DNA of 64,000 bases, taken from contig OX597824.1 in the NCBI GenBank assembly GCA_951406725.2, positions 52,576,001 to 52,640,000 of the forward strand, given 5' to 3'. The position numbers and the translations under genes are program-made. The notes beneath the pieces are model-generated. The model was not told where the DNA came from. It was given only the letters and a program-made list of their open reading frames with translations, and did no database searches. Of this stretch, positions 12,740 to 27,298 are shown one piece after another; within the stretch, counting starts at the first letter, position 1; each line of letters starts with the position of its first letter. Origin of the DNA: Octopus vulgaris (lineage: Eukaryota).

Positions 12740-13750
12740 ATAGACATGAGTTAAAATAATGTATTAGTTTGACGCTCCACAGAAAGGAACACAGAAAGAA
12801 ACAGGGAGAGAAAATAACGAATGTGTAATGGCTAGCGATCTATCATGGTAAATGCCGGACAGAGGGGTCACACAGGAGAGCTAGGAAGAAGGGGCGATAA
12901 TAAAGTAGTGGTGATCCCAGAAAAAGGTGCACGTGCATGTGTATAAGAGAGCATTAATAGCGTGTGGAAAAGGGCTGGTGACCTTGACGTGTGCGCGTGT
13001 GCATGTGTAGGTGTGTGGATGATGGTGTGGATGATGGTGTGGGTGCTGGAAGTGATCGGTGCTAGTGCGTGCGTGGTGGTGTGATGTGGTGTTGTGTGGT
13101 ATGGTGGTGCGTGATGTGGTGGTGCTGGGATGTGGAGGAGGCGAAAGTGGGGAAAGCAAAGGTGGGTGTGGGTTAGGCTGAGGGGTAGAGGTGAGTTATG
13201 TGGGAGTGGATGTAAGGGATGGGATGGATAGGGAAGGTGGGGTTGGATTGTGTAGGGTTGGGATTACGAGGAAGGGGTGACACGATGAAGAGAGAGGGGG
13301 ATGGGAGAAGGTTGGTAGGAATGAAGAGAAGAGAGAATGAGGGTAGGAGTGAAGAGGAGAAGTAGGAGTCAGAGCAAGAGCTTAGAGGTGGGTGGGAGGA
13401 AGTAGCTGTGAGAGGAAAAGAGGAGATGGGAGGAGGGTTAGATAAAGAGGGGGAGGGTTAGATGAAGGGAAAGGAGAGTTGAGCCCATGTGACCCAAAGC
13501 AGCGAAGAGAGAAGATTAATCCCTGTTCACAGCGAAGAAGGGAGTCCGGATGGCCCCTGTGCAAGGACAATCCGAACCCAGACAGGTGTTGCAAAGAGTG
13601 ACCGGTAGAGCGGAAATGGCGTGAAACCGGGGTGTCATTGCCGAGTCGGACTCGGAGGTGTTCCGCGAACCGGTCAGCCAAGCGACGTCCCGTTTTCCCG
13701 ATGTATAGAGAAGGTCAGAGAGAGCAGGAGACGCAGTAGATAACATCGCT
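12740..13750 (-). mobile_element. Penelope-like element 3' part: GIY-YIG endonuclease pseudogene plus pyrimidine-rich tail
   Basis: 13747-13476 reads DVIYCVSCSL*PSLYIGKTGRRLADRFAEHLR...PVSRHFRSTGHS...CEQGLIFSLRCFGSHGLN, a PLE-type GIY-YIG with one stop. Confidence 0.85.
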
Positions 13751-14295
13751 ATATATATATACCTATGCTAACATGACAGTCGGTCGAGATAGTTAGGACT
13801 ATGCATTTCTCGAAGCCAGATTAATTTTAACTGAGTTAGAATTTTCAATTCATAATTAAAATTTATGAATAATGGTAAATTTTCGTTGTGCCGGTGTGAA
13901 TCAAATGGCTTACATTACAGACGTTGTCTATATGCTGATCTTTGAGATAAAAAAAAAGAATTCAGATGACGAAAGGTGCTTTAGATCTGTACGAAGTGTA
14001 AACCACTTGTTAGGATCATGTGTTTTTCAGAATCACGGGAGATTGAACGGTGTTCATTTTGTTGTCTAGATTGGTCTGAATAAGTTAGAAATTGAGACGC
14101 CATATAAACTATTGAAGAAGATGGACATTGGATAGTGTCTGGGTCAACAAATATATCTTTGGCAGGTTTGGTTATGTAAATTCATTATACTGCAATGATA
14201 AAAGAGTGAAACAAAGAGACAGATAGGAAATTTTATAACATTTAGATAATTACATTGCTTTAATGTTAATGACATATATCAACTAAAATATATCT

Positions 14296-14296
<1 letters not shown>

Positions 14297-14381
<85 letters not shown>

Positions 14382-14395
14382 CAACAACAACAATA
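14297..14395. repeat. (TAA)n/(CAA)n microsatellite
   Basis: Direct reading. Confidence 0.97.
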
Positions 14396-15721
14396 AAACA
14401 AGTAGAAATGTAATTAAAATTGAATACTTCAAAACAAAAATAATGCTAAAATCTATTTCAATGATAAAATTAATTTTATAATTTATTCAAGTCCTATAGT
14501 TCTATTTTTATTCTATCAGCAAATTCGTTTCTCGACTAACACAACACAAACCAATAACTTGTTCTTTAAACTTGTCACTAAATATCAATTTTCACTGACA
14601 GTTTTTTTTTTATATTTCTCTATTTTCTCTGACTGCCATCAAGTGATAATTTAGTTACTGCATATTGTATGATATTTTTGACAGTATATTTACCAACATT
14701 ACTTTCTATTAGTCTCACCCCACCCCTATGGTTGGTTCTGACTTTAATTGTCGATTCTAAATTTCATTTACAAACGTAAAAACATTTCATTCTCTTTAGA
14801 GAACATCACTTCACTGAAGAACTCGGGACCCATGTTTACTTCTACAAAAGTCATAGACAAAAAATTAGAGACAGTATCAGATCAAGGACTCCACATCTCT
14901 GCCTTCCAGTCATTGTTATTACGGTTGTTTTTTGTACCCAAAAGCACTGGTTAGTATTGTTTGAGTTGGCTGCGATTGGACATCAATACCTTCAAGCTAA
15001 TATTGTTGTAGCTCGTAATAGTTTCTTAATTTTGATTTTACTAACAATCTATTTTTTGCATGGTGCCTGTGTTATTTTTACTCCACCAGAAAATACTTGA
15101 CACCACAGATGTGTGAGTTTTACCTTCAAGCTGTCTGTTTGATGTTTGAAGTATATTGAATCTCGCTTCTTTGTCCATTTTTTTCATCTGCTATGTTAAT
15201 TCTTTTGCAGTAGAGCATTAATTTTGTGGACGTTGTTCTTCCTTTCACGTGCTAGCTGTTTCATGTTAAGTCTTCCTATTATTCTTGAGACCTTTTCCGT
15301 CAGTGTTTTCTTCGACAGGTTGTATACTCACTCTGCTCAGCAATCATAATTTCTTTCTCGTCACATAACAAAATAGGAGTGCCACTGGTTGTTACTGGTA
15401 TCTGTTCTCGTGTTTCCAGAACTGTGCATAAAGCGATTTCTCTGCCGTTTTGGATTTTTGATTGACGGCGGTTTGGAAACTGTGGTTTGTTGTTTTTGTT
15501 GCTATCTCGATTCTTATCATTACTTTCATTTCATTGCTTAGCCTTTCTGTTTCTTCAGGGCAAAAGGCTTTCTACTACGACAAATGTTGCGACTAAGCAG
15601 TTTCCCCCGCATCGTCAATCTTTAACGCATTCTCTCGGCATATTCAATTACATTATTTCTTGGGGAAATTTTGAACCTGGGTTCTCATTCCTAAAGTATT
15701 TTTCGATGTTCTTCTTCTTAT

Positions 15722-15790
15722 TAAGGTCACTGTCTGGAATCGAACTCGGAATCTTAGGGTTAGTAGCCCGCGCTCTTACCCCATATGCCC
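15722..15790 (-). mobile_element. tRNA-like head of a SINE or repeat (not a functional tRNA)
   Basis: Reverse complement ggcatatggggtaagagcgcgggctactaaccctaagattccgagttcgattccag has A- and B-box-like motifs but no intact acceptor stem. Confidence 0.6.
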
Positions 15791-16889
15791 GTGGGCAATT
15801 ATGGAGCGAGTTTTAGGGCATATAAATCTAATATTTTCCTATTCTTCCTTAATACTGGTTCCCATATGCTAGTCATATCTGCACTCGGTCTGCTTAGGAG
15901 GTTGTTGTGTCCTAGCATATGTGCTAAATATAGAAATGTATGTGCAGTTTCAGTCTAGCTCTGTGGTCTTTGTGAATCATTTTGACATATAAATCTATTT
16001 TGACGTCCCTTGACCACAAGTCGCATTCCGATAGTTTTGAGTTTTTTATTATTTTTTTTCACTTGCCCATATTGCAATACTGATATGAGAACCAGTCACA
16101 AATCTAAGGTTTCTGATGCCTCTTATAATCATTTGCATTTTTGCCCCACGTACTGGAGAACACTGGATAGGTAGAGGTATGTTTGACAATTTCAGCCTAC
16201 ATTTTGGTTGAGTTCTTCGGTTGAGCGGATTTCTTTGAATATAGATTCAGGGTAGATTCATCCCTATACCATCGTTTTTAAAGCATAAATGCATAATTTT
16301 GTATTCACTGTGGCAAAGAAACACATTTTTGTCTCAGAGAATTCTCTCAACTACTTCTTATCTGTTTGCAGCAACTTTTTAAGTCAAAAAATTGTTATGT
16401 TTGTTGAAAAATGAAGGCAATTAACTTTAACACAATTACTATATAAGCGATTTAACGTGCATATGTCGCCACTGTTGTTGTTGTTGCTCATATTGCTATC
16501 TTAAAAACTACCTGTTAGACCGTTCAGAGTATTTTTACATCATTAATTGCTCCTTTAAAAGGTTCATTCTTTTCTTCTTTTTGTTGAGTTGTGAATTTTG
16601 ACTTTGTGTTGTTTTTCCTCGTTAGTTGTTGTGATGTTTTGTTGTAACCTGTAAATTTTTAAAGTGAAAAGTATAAGTGTAAATACATTAATAAACGTCT
16701 GAAAAAGGGAGCCTATTTTAATTATCTCACCCCTTTCCTGATAGAATACTTCGTGGAGCATGCTCTCCACGAAGTATTTTAAGAATTTTCAACAAGTACT
16801 CTAAGGAAAATTTAATTTCATAATGGTATAAATATGGCATACTCTCAGAGCATTATGTATGCACGAATGTACACTTTGGGAATCTATAA

Positions 16890-17278
16890 TCCTTTCTATT
16901 ATAGGCACAAGGCCTCGAATTTGTGGTAAGGGGGATAGTCGATTACATCAACCCCAGTTCTTGACTAGTACTTATAATTTATCGACCCCGAAAGGATGAA
17001 AGGCAAAGTCAACCTCGGCGAAATTTGAACTCAGAACGTAGCGGCAGACGAAATACCTATTTCTTTACTACCCACATGGTGCTAAATACAGAGAGAACAA
17101 ACAAGAACAGACAAACGGATTAAGTCGATTATATCGACCCCAGTGCGTAACTGGTACCTATTTAATCGACCACGAAAGGATGAAAGACAAAGTCGACCTC
17201 GGCGGAATTTGAACTCAGAACGTAGCGGCAGACCGCTAAGTATTTCGCCCGGCATACTAACGATTCTGCCAGCTCACC
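16890..17278 (-). mobile_element. SINE family A dimer
   Basis: Two copies of gaaaggatgaaag.caaagtc.acctcggcg.aatttgaactcagaacgtagcggcagac. Confidence 0.9.
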
Positions 17279-17539
17279 GAATTTTTGAGAACCGATAATA
17301 CAAATTATTATTATTATTATAGTAGTAGTGTATAGAATATATACATGTATATATATATGCGCGTGTGTGTGTGCGTTGACCCAACATATATTTTATGCTT
17401 TCTTTCAACATAAAAATAATGATCTTGATGCAATTTGAACACAGAATGTAAAAGAACAGAATTCAATTTCTGCCACACGTGATGATAAAGATTATGACGA
17501 GGGTGGTGTTGCTGCTGCTGCTAATGATGATGATGATGA

Positions 17540-17570
<31 letters not shown>

Positions 17571-17654
17571 AAGAAGCGGAAGAAAAATTTAAAATTATTT
17601 CCTAATATTTTATTAAATATTTTTCACCATACAATATATATTCATATATATATA

Positions 17655-17705
<51 letters not shown>

Positions 17706-19155
17706 TTTTTTCTTATTTCCAGATTTACATTTTTAAGCTTAAGAAAAACATGTAGAATATGACTAAAAGTCTAAACAGATCTTCTTGATTTGTTTCTGTT
17801 GGTTTATATTCGCATTTTCTCTTTTTTATTTATTTTATTTTATTATTGGCCTCTTCATTTATTCTTGACATCAAACATCCTCTTTCAATACATATTTTCA
17901 CCATTTTTTTTTTATTGTCCATTCCTTATTTATTCTTTTACCAGTATTTTTAAAAATTTTTCTATTGGAACTATGTGATTTGTTTTCATTTTTTTTTTGC
18001 GAAACCTCTTGCCAAGTGATATTTTTTAATCATTTTTTTTTTAATTATACTTTTATGTCAATAAAACAACATAAAAATGCATAACAAATGAGTAACCAGG
18101 AGTAAGAGACAGTTTGGAATAATCAGGTAAAAAAAACACATTGGAGAAGTTTTCCCTTTGATGTTATTTTTCAGTAAAACTTTGCTCTTTTTCTTTTTTT
18201 CTTTGTTTATTTTTACTTTTGTTTTTCCAATAAAAGAAAGAATTTTATATGTATATATATGTTTTATATAAGATGTTACTTTTTTATCTTTCATGAAAAA
18301 AGTATTTATTCATTTATTTTGTTTTGTTTTGTTTCATGTTTTCCCCCTTTCAAAAGTTGCCTTGTTGACACAGATGTTTGTTGTGTTTGAAAATTGTTGT
18401 CGGATATGATCAGTCTCACATATAAATATATTTATTTGGTGGAGTTGTTAACAGTGATTGATTTTGACAAAGCAATGAGACCAAAATTGTGTATGTTGGT
18501 AGGGAGAAAAGAGTATATTCGATGGAATTAAACCCAGTAATTTACTGGTATTAATTTAAGTGCTACACTTAACCCCAAAATATGAAAAGGCAAATTTTGC
18601 CCTGGCAGGATTTGAACTTGGAAATGAAAGGAACCAAATTAATTATATGTGCAATGATTATAACAACATATCATCCCAAGTGCTAGCCCCTCAAATATAA
18701 AGCAATACAGCCAAAGGCAATTTAAATATTTGACCAGAACTAAAGATGGAAATAATCAGGACACTTACTGCTGTTGAACTATAATAGACAGATTGGTCTG
18801 GAGTGGAGTGTTGCACTTTCATACTTGTAAAATAGAAAATGTCGAGTATTCCACTTGCATCATTTCCAGTTGGCTTTTATTTCTAATTATTACTTCATCA
18901 TAACTGAATTTCAGCATAAATTTTCTTCAATAATACTGTCTATTGTGTATGTCAACTTCAGCAATTGTGCAACTATGTTACAGTTATAAAGCAGAAACTT
19001 TTACATTGCCAGGCTTTACTTAAACATATATCTAATCTAGCTCACATATGCATACATACATTGTATATTTATATATAATTTCCTGATAATGTTTTATTTT
19101 ATATTATATCATATATATCATATGTGCATGTATGTGTGTGTGTATATATATATGT

Positions 19156-19303
19156 AGGCACGGGCATGGCTGCGTGGTTAGGGAGCTTGCTTCCTAGCTA
19201 TATGGTTTCGGGTTCAGTCCCACAGCGTGGCACTTTGGGTAGGTGTCTTCTGCTATAGCCCCGAGCCGACCGAAGCTTTGTGATTGAATTCGGCAGGCGG
19301 AAG
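19156..19303 (+). mobile_element. SINE family B 5' half
   Basis: ggcatggctgcgtggttagggagcttgcttcc...ggttcagtcccacagcgtggcactttgggtaggtgtcttct. Confidence 0.85.
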
Positions 19304-19549
19304 TTACTGCCATGTGTGTATATGTGCGTGTAGGTGCTTGTGCCTCTCTGAAAGAGAGAGAGAGGGTATGTATGCATGTATTGATATTTTGCTTAGGCAT
19401 ACTTACACTAACCTGGAGTTAGAATGAATATATATATGTGTGTGTTTGTGTGTGTGTGTATATATGTATAAGCATTATTCATTAGTCAAGTACAAAGCAT
19501 AATATGAAGTTAAATAAATGAGAAGTTAATAGGAAATTATGTAATAAGT

Positions 19550-19631
19550 TTCATTAGCTTACAGCTGTTTCTGGTATACGACACATTGTACTCAGTCTGT
19601 CTTGTATAAGAAACAGCTGCAAGCCAATGAA
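19550..19631. repeat. Inverted repeat made of hammerhead 3'-half motifs
   Basis: ttcattagcttacagctgtttct ... agaaacagctgcaagccaatgaa. Confidence 0.8.
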
Positions 19632-19693
19632 GTTCTATAAAAAAACTTCCTGTTCTCTGGGCATTTATTTAATTACAAATATATATATATATA

Positions 19694-19737
<44 letters not shown>

Positions 19738-19748
19738 TGTGTGTGTGT

Positions 19749-19848
19749 GTAGACAAATAAATAAATAAATGGAGTCACATGCAGGTGTTATTTAAATCTT
19801 TACATTTAAATAACACCTACATTTAACTCCATTTATTTATTTATCTAC
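19749..19848. repeat. ~100-bp fold-back hairpin
   Basis: aataaatggagtcacatgcaggtgttatttaaat-ctttac-atttaaataacacctacatttaactccatttatt. Confidence 0.85.
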
Positions 19849-20490
19849 ATTATTCAAAAACATTTCACATAAACCTGGAGTTTCTACCTTTTAAAAGAGG
19901 CTGTTACATCCTTGGTACTTGTGTGAATTTTTGCGACCCTGGTAACTATTTATTTTATTTTTCCATGTTATTTGTAAACACTGAAAAAAACCCACATACA
20001 TTTATATATATATATATATATATGTGTATGTGTGTGTGTGTGAGTGTGTGTGTGTGTGAATGTGTGTGTATGTGTGTGTGCATATATATGTGTGTATATA
20101 TATCCATTATATATATCATTATGTGTATATATATATATATATATATTGATATATATATACATATATATCATTATATATATATATATCATTTAATATATAT
20201 ATATATATATCATTTAATATATATATATATATATATATATCATTTAATATATATATATATATCATTTAATATATATATATATATATTTATCATTTAATAT
20301 ATATATATATATAAATATGTATTATTATAAGATATGTTTTATCATAATATATCTATATATCATTATATATATATATATATATGTATGTCATTATATATAT
20401 ATACATATATATACATATTTTTTATTACATATATATATCATTATATATATATTATTACATATATATCATTACACACACACATATATATAT

Positions 20491-20661
20491 ATAATATGTG
20501 ACAATTAGTTGGTTGTCATAATAAAACTCAGACTTTCAGATGCTGGGGCTTAAGTCTGCTCTGGCATCTCATCATTTAACTGAGATGCCGGAGCAAACTT
20601 CAGCCTCAGCATCTGAAACTCTGAGTTTTATTATGACAACCATCTAATTGTCGCATATTAT
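20491..20661. repeat. 171-bp palindrome (81-bp arms, 9-nt loop)
   Basis: Arms differ at 7 positions by manual alignment. Confidence 0.95.
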
Positions 20662-22174
20662 ATTTATAGTTAAATTCCTCCATTTACATAATATTGATGT
20701 CTCATTTATTCTTTAGTTGTCATATTATTATTATTATTAATATATATATATATCCTCATTATACCTATATATCATGATGTATGTATATATATATATATAT
20801 ATATATCATTATATATATATATATATCATTATATATTTAACTTGATATATATATGTGTGTGTGTTTGTTTGTGTTTGTTTGTATGCGTGTGTGTGTGTGT
20901 GTATGTGTGTGTGTGTGTAGATATATATTTAAGGAGTAAATTATATTGACAGTAAGTAATACTAAAAAATGATATACCATGTACAAGGACTGACTCTGTA
21001 AGTTTACAATGATCTCAAGAAATTTAATTAAGCTTTTGTGGTCATAGTTTGTTTTACACTGATTTTCTTCATATTTATTTTTTATTAGTATGACCTCAGT
21101 AAATTTTCTGAAATTATTTCATATTTTTCTTTCTATTTTGGAACATTTATAAAATGTAAAATATTTTTATATATAAAATGTCATACTATACAACTGATAA
21201 CTAATATCTTTGAATATATCTTGAGCTAGGTTTGTTGTATCATATAGAAAAATATTATTTTGCATTGTCAAAAAACATTATACAAAGAAGCAAAAACTAT
21301 AATTCACATAAGTAACGTTATAATGGCAACAATATATGTGCTCTGAATTAATAAACCATAACAAAATGTATAATACACATAAGACATATAATACACTAGT
21401 TAAAAGTTTAATAAGATTTGCACAGGACACTAGCAGTATAGCTACCAAAGGAATATATATTTAGTTGTTTTTACTCCAATGTAGCAGTCAACAGTCTCCC
21501 AACACAGTGTTTTCTGACTTTGAAATAAGAAATCATATGTTTGAAGTCCAAAATCTGAGGACAGGATATCAATAAAACAAATCAGATAGCAACAGTTAGA
21601 ATGAGGAATGTCCAAGTTTCATTCAAACACTTATGAAAAATTCTAAAATTATTAATATAACTAATGTGTCAGGACATTGGATTAGTGCAATATACTCAAA
21701 GAAAACACATAATTACATAGAAAAGCAACAATTAGAAATATTGCACAGACACAATAGTGGTATTTTGGAAATACACCTTATGGAGTAATTGCAGAGATCT
21801 GACAAACCGACAAACATTGCTCTCAAACAAATTCAACGTTCAATAAAAGTCAATAACATTAACATTTCATTGAAAGAAGGTAAACTGTAGATGGAAATTG
21901 TTGATGAAACATTTGTTGCTGTGTTTTCATTACATTACCATTCTATGTATTTTCCACTATCTCATATCCACCAGTTGCTCGTATTTCTTTAATATTTTGC
22001 ATGTTTGTGTTCTTGTACACAAATACATATACACACACACATACACCCGCATGCACACATACAGGCATATACATATATACATTTATACATATGCATATGT
22101 GTGTGTGTGTGCATGCATGAGCGTGTGTTTAAATATATATGTGTATATATATATATGTATATCTGATATATATA

Positions 22175-23297
22175 CAGGGTGCTCCAAAAATATGTATACA
22201 CATTTTAACAGCTGATAGTTAACTTAATTTTCATTTCTTTTTAGATTTAATCCCTTAGATTATGATGTTAACAAAGAAAATTATTTTAAAGTACTACTTA
22301 GAACTTTGAAAATGCAGTCAGAGTGTAAAGACAGTTTAGAAAGGAATTCCAAACACATCCAATTATGCTGGCTATCCTCACTGGAATTAAAGGTAAGTTT
22401 GAAGTAGATGGAGCTTTTCAGAATATACACATGAATCTTTTTGGAAGACCACAGAAGCTGATGAGCCCAACAAAGCAAGAAAGAGTACTAGAATTGTATT
22501 CCCAGAAGATCTGTATTCAAGAAGATCCATGCAGTAAATGAGTCATGATAAGAATTACAAATTTCCTTGTGATTGGAAAAGTTACATTCCAAGAACAGTT
22601 CAGGATCTCAAAGAAGGTGCTGACTGAAGAATGAAGTTATGTGAGGAGTACTTGGCAAGATGTGAAGTAGATGCAGACATTTCAGCAAAGATTGTTGAGA
22701 ATGATGATATTATATCTAAATCACAATTGCACATACTGTGGACCTTCAAATCCCCATATTTATGTTAAAGGAAGAGGAGTTACAGTCTGGTGTGGTTTAT
22801 CACTAAAAGGATTCATTGCACCATTCATTTTCAAAAGTACTGTGACAGAATGGAGCACTTCCATACTGCCATAGTAGACCTTTCCCATGAAAGTCTACTT
22901 TCATGAGAATTTGCCAAACAGATTGACTGGGTAAAACAAAATGGCTCTGTAGAATGCATTGCATATTCATTGATCATCACACACTAGACAATATTTATGA
23001 AGTTACTTAAAAGATAAAGTTTACGGTACACAACCAACAACAGTCAATTAATTAAGAGCAGCCACTGAATAGCCAATCACAAGAATGCTAAATGAAATGT
23101 TTCTTGGTGTCTGCGATTTCATTACTTTGCATTATTGGCTGTACCTGTATTAGATAGGCAATAAGTCTTATAACAAATAATCATAGAAAATATAAATTCC
23201 CTATGTATACTATATTAAATTTAGAAAATGAAATATATTATAAAAAACTCTAAATATAACATAATTCAGTGTGTGTATGTATTTTTGGGACACACAG
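22175..23297 (+). mobile_element. Decayed Tc1/mariner-superfamily DNA transposon with TIRs and flanking TA
   Basis: TA-CAGGGTGCTCCAAAAATATGTATACACA ... TGTGTGTATGTATTTTTGGGACACACAG-TA. Transposase remnants include '[12 protein letters not shown]...[24 protein letters not shown]' and 'LKDKVYGTQPTTVN*LRAA'. Confidence 0.85.
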
Positions 23298-23345
23298 TAT
23301 ACATTCTTACATACATACATACATATATCCATATCCACATATGTA

Positions 23346-23400
<55 letters not shown>

Positions 23401-23492
23401 GCATATGTAGAAATGCATATATGGATAGAGAGATATACATGCATATATGTGTGCATGTGTATATATATATGTGTGTGTGTGAGTGTGTGTAC

Positions 23493-23530
<38 letters not shown>

Positions 23531-24052
23531 TCTCTGCACATACACACACACCTATATATATATATGCATGTATACACACCATATGTATATATATATATAT
23601 ATATTCATAAGTATAGATGACAGTATATATATATATATACATATATGCGTATTATGTATTATGACTGTATACATATATATTGTGTGTGCGTGTGTCAGTG
23701 TGTGTGTGTGTGTCAGTGTATGTGTAAGAATATATATTTATTAGTACTTAAATAAGACATGGGTTTGGTCTGTCATGAATTCTAGGAATGTTAAAGCCAA
23801 AGTTTACCCTGGTTTCCATGGCATGAGAGTGACTGAATTTACAACACTTACACCTGAAGAGGATGCAGGAAAGTTACAACATTCAGTTTTCAGCTATTCT
23901 TCGAAATAATTTTTAGCTATTTCTTGATTGTAAGTGCGACATTCCAGACAAAAGTCATGTAATTTACATACATATAAAATGTATATTTTACACATGTCAG
24001 GTGCATGTATAATTGCATATATATCATATAGATGTATGTGTATCAGTAAAAT

Positions 24053-24690
<638 letters not shown>

Positions 24691-25131
24691 GTATGTATGT
24701 ATGTATTTATGTATTTATGTATGACACAAACTGATGCAAATCATGTTTAAAGAAATGCTACAAATGAGACTGGAATATTTTCTTCACAAAGGAAATTTAT
24801 TTATAATGTCTTCAGAAAATGTGTAAACATTTATTAATAAATTAAATTTTTCTTCATATGCATATATATATACATTAAATATTATATTTATTGATTTTTG
24901 ACATTCATTTCAACTTTAACCTAACTTGATTAGGTTAAGACTGGATTCATTTATAAACTCACTGGTGATCATGATGCACATTTGGAATGTTGCACTCAAT
25001 CTTGCTAGCTACTGTACTAAACAGAGATGATGACATCTCGACAGTTATTTAGTGAGTTATATATAATCATCCACATATTTGCATACCTATATATGCATAA
25101 GTATACATACATATATATAAACATATATAGC

Positions 25132-25162
<31 letters not shown>

Positions 25163-25477
25163 ATATGATGGCATATATATATATATGTATATATATGTAT
25201 AGGCATATATATATATATGTATAGATAGGAATATATATATGTATATATAAGTATATATATATATATCTATAGCTATGTATACATATGTATAGATAGTTGT
25301 ATAGATATATGTACTTAAGGGTATATAGATATATGCATGTATTTTTATATAAATATTTATATGCAGTTAAGTATATGTCCAGTCATAGTGACCAGTGGTT
25401 TTTGCATCCATAAAGCACTTAGCCATATGGAGGATTGCCAGACACTAAAACCAAAGTGTATATATACATACATACAT

Positions 25478-25527
<50 letters not shown>

Positions 25528-25586
25528 GTATATATGTAGATGTATGTATATATATATATATATATAAATATATATATGTATACAAA

Positions 25587-25628
<42 letters not shown>

Positions 25629-25823
25629 CACATACACACATATGTATAGAGATATTTATAAATATATATGTGTGTGTGTATATATATATGTACACATTCA
25701 TATACGCATATACATGTATGTATATATATACATACACACAGACACCCACATTACAAGTGCACACACATGCATATATATATATATTTACCTAAATATATAT
25801 ATGTATAAATGTGTGTGTGTGTG

Positions 25824-25875
<52 letters not shown>

Positions 25876-25932
25876 CATATATATCTATATATATATATAT
25901 AAATAGATACAGATGTATAAATATATATATAT

Positions 25933-26125
25933 GTGATGACATCCCTCATGCCGAACTTCTTTCTGATGATCTCACTACTGATGTGCTCTCTCAACAAGAT
26001 ACCAAGCATTGACCTTTCCATGGCTCTTTGAGCCGTTACCAGTCTCTGCTCTTCTCTCTTTGCGGTAGCCCATTTTTCACTACCATATAACATTGCAGGT
26101 AGAACTGTTCTGCTGATGAGGTTAT
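25933..26125 (-). mobile_element. RTE-clade LINE fragment (post-RT region)
   Basis: 'VLPAMLYGSEKWATAKREEQRLVTAQRAMERSMLGILLREHISSEIIRKKFGMRDVI'. Confidence 0.85.
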
Positions 26126-26142
26126 AATTGCACATATTTGTA

Positions 26143-26174
<32 letters not shown>

Positions 26175-26288
26175 TAGGTATATATGTATGAACATAGATA
26201 TGTATATGTGTGTTTGTGTGTCAAATATATTTACACATATGCATATGTTTAGATATATTTATGGATATATGTAAGGGCATATATATAA

Positions 26289-26329
<41 letters not shown>

Positions 26330-26436
26330 TATAAAATCATATATACATATATATTATATATATATAAATCATATGTATAAATATATATGTAGATACATAT
26401 ATATAAATACACATGCACACACACACACACACATAT

Positions 26437-26486
<50 letters not shown>

Positions 26487-26581
26487 AATATAGGATAGAA
26501 TTTTCAAAAAAACTTTATCAGTGGCCAGCATATTAAAATATACCTTTTAAGGTGAAATTTATAACCAACTTATAAACTATA

Positions 26582-26854
26582 ACAACTTATAAAAAATTCC
26601 AATGCCAAATATGCCGCGAATAGACTTTAAATCATCAATAACCGCATATAATTCATCACTATAAGCACGCATCCCAAAGCAAGCTGACAGAAATTCCTAA
26701 AAAATTCTTTTATTACCAAATCAGTCCAATTTCTGAGTTAATTCATGAAGAATTTTCTCGTTATGTGATGAATTATATGTGGTTATTGATGATTTAAAGT
26801 TTATTCTTGGCATATTTGGCATTGGAACTTTTTCTTTTGCCCATGTTTATAAGT

Positions 26855-26857
<3 letters not shown>
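26582..26857. mobile_element. Fold-back or MITE-like element with ~75-bp inverted arms
   Basis: ttccaatgccaaatatgccgcgaatagactttaaatcatcaataaccgcatataattcatcac versus gtgatgaattatatgtggttattgatgatttaaagtttattcttggcatatttggcattggaa. Confidence 0.8.
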
Positions 26858-26900
<43 letters not shown>

Positions 26901-27246
26901 GTTGCACAGAAATACATATAGGCTAATATGAAGTCACACATATATAAAATGCATAAATACATACACACATACACACATATATATATATGGGACATATAAA
27001 TATATATCCATACACTTATGAATGTGTTTGCATGTCTATATGTGTGTGTGTATAAATATGTATATGTATATATTTATGTGTCTGTGTATGTGTAGATATA
27101 GATAAATATATAGAGAGAGATATAGATACATATATATACACATATACATATGTGTGCATAAAAGTATTAAAATATACATAGAAATAAACAAAAGCAGAAA
27201 TTGCTCTGGCATACATACATTCATCATTAACAAAACTATATGTATG

Positions 27247-27298
<52 letters not shown>

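Noticed and set aside
12690-12745. CTGAAGAGGAC possible hammerhead
   Set aside because: The matching GTCC-GAAA half is on the opposite strand, so no coherent fold exists
14950-15480. Possible very old LINE fragment on the minus strand
   Set aside because: No diagnostic motif can be recovered with confidence
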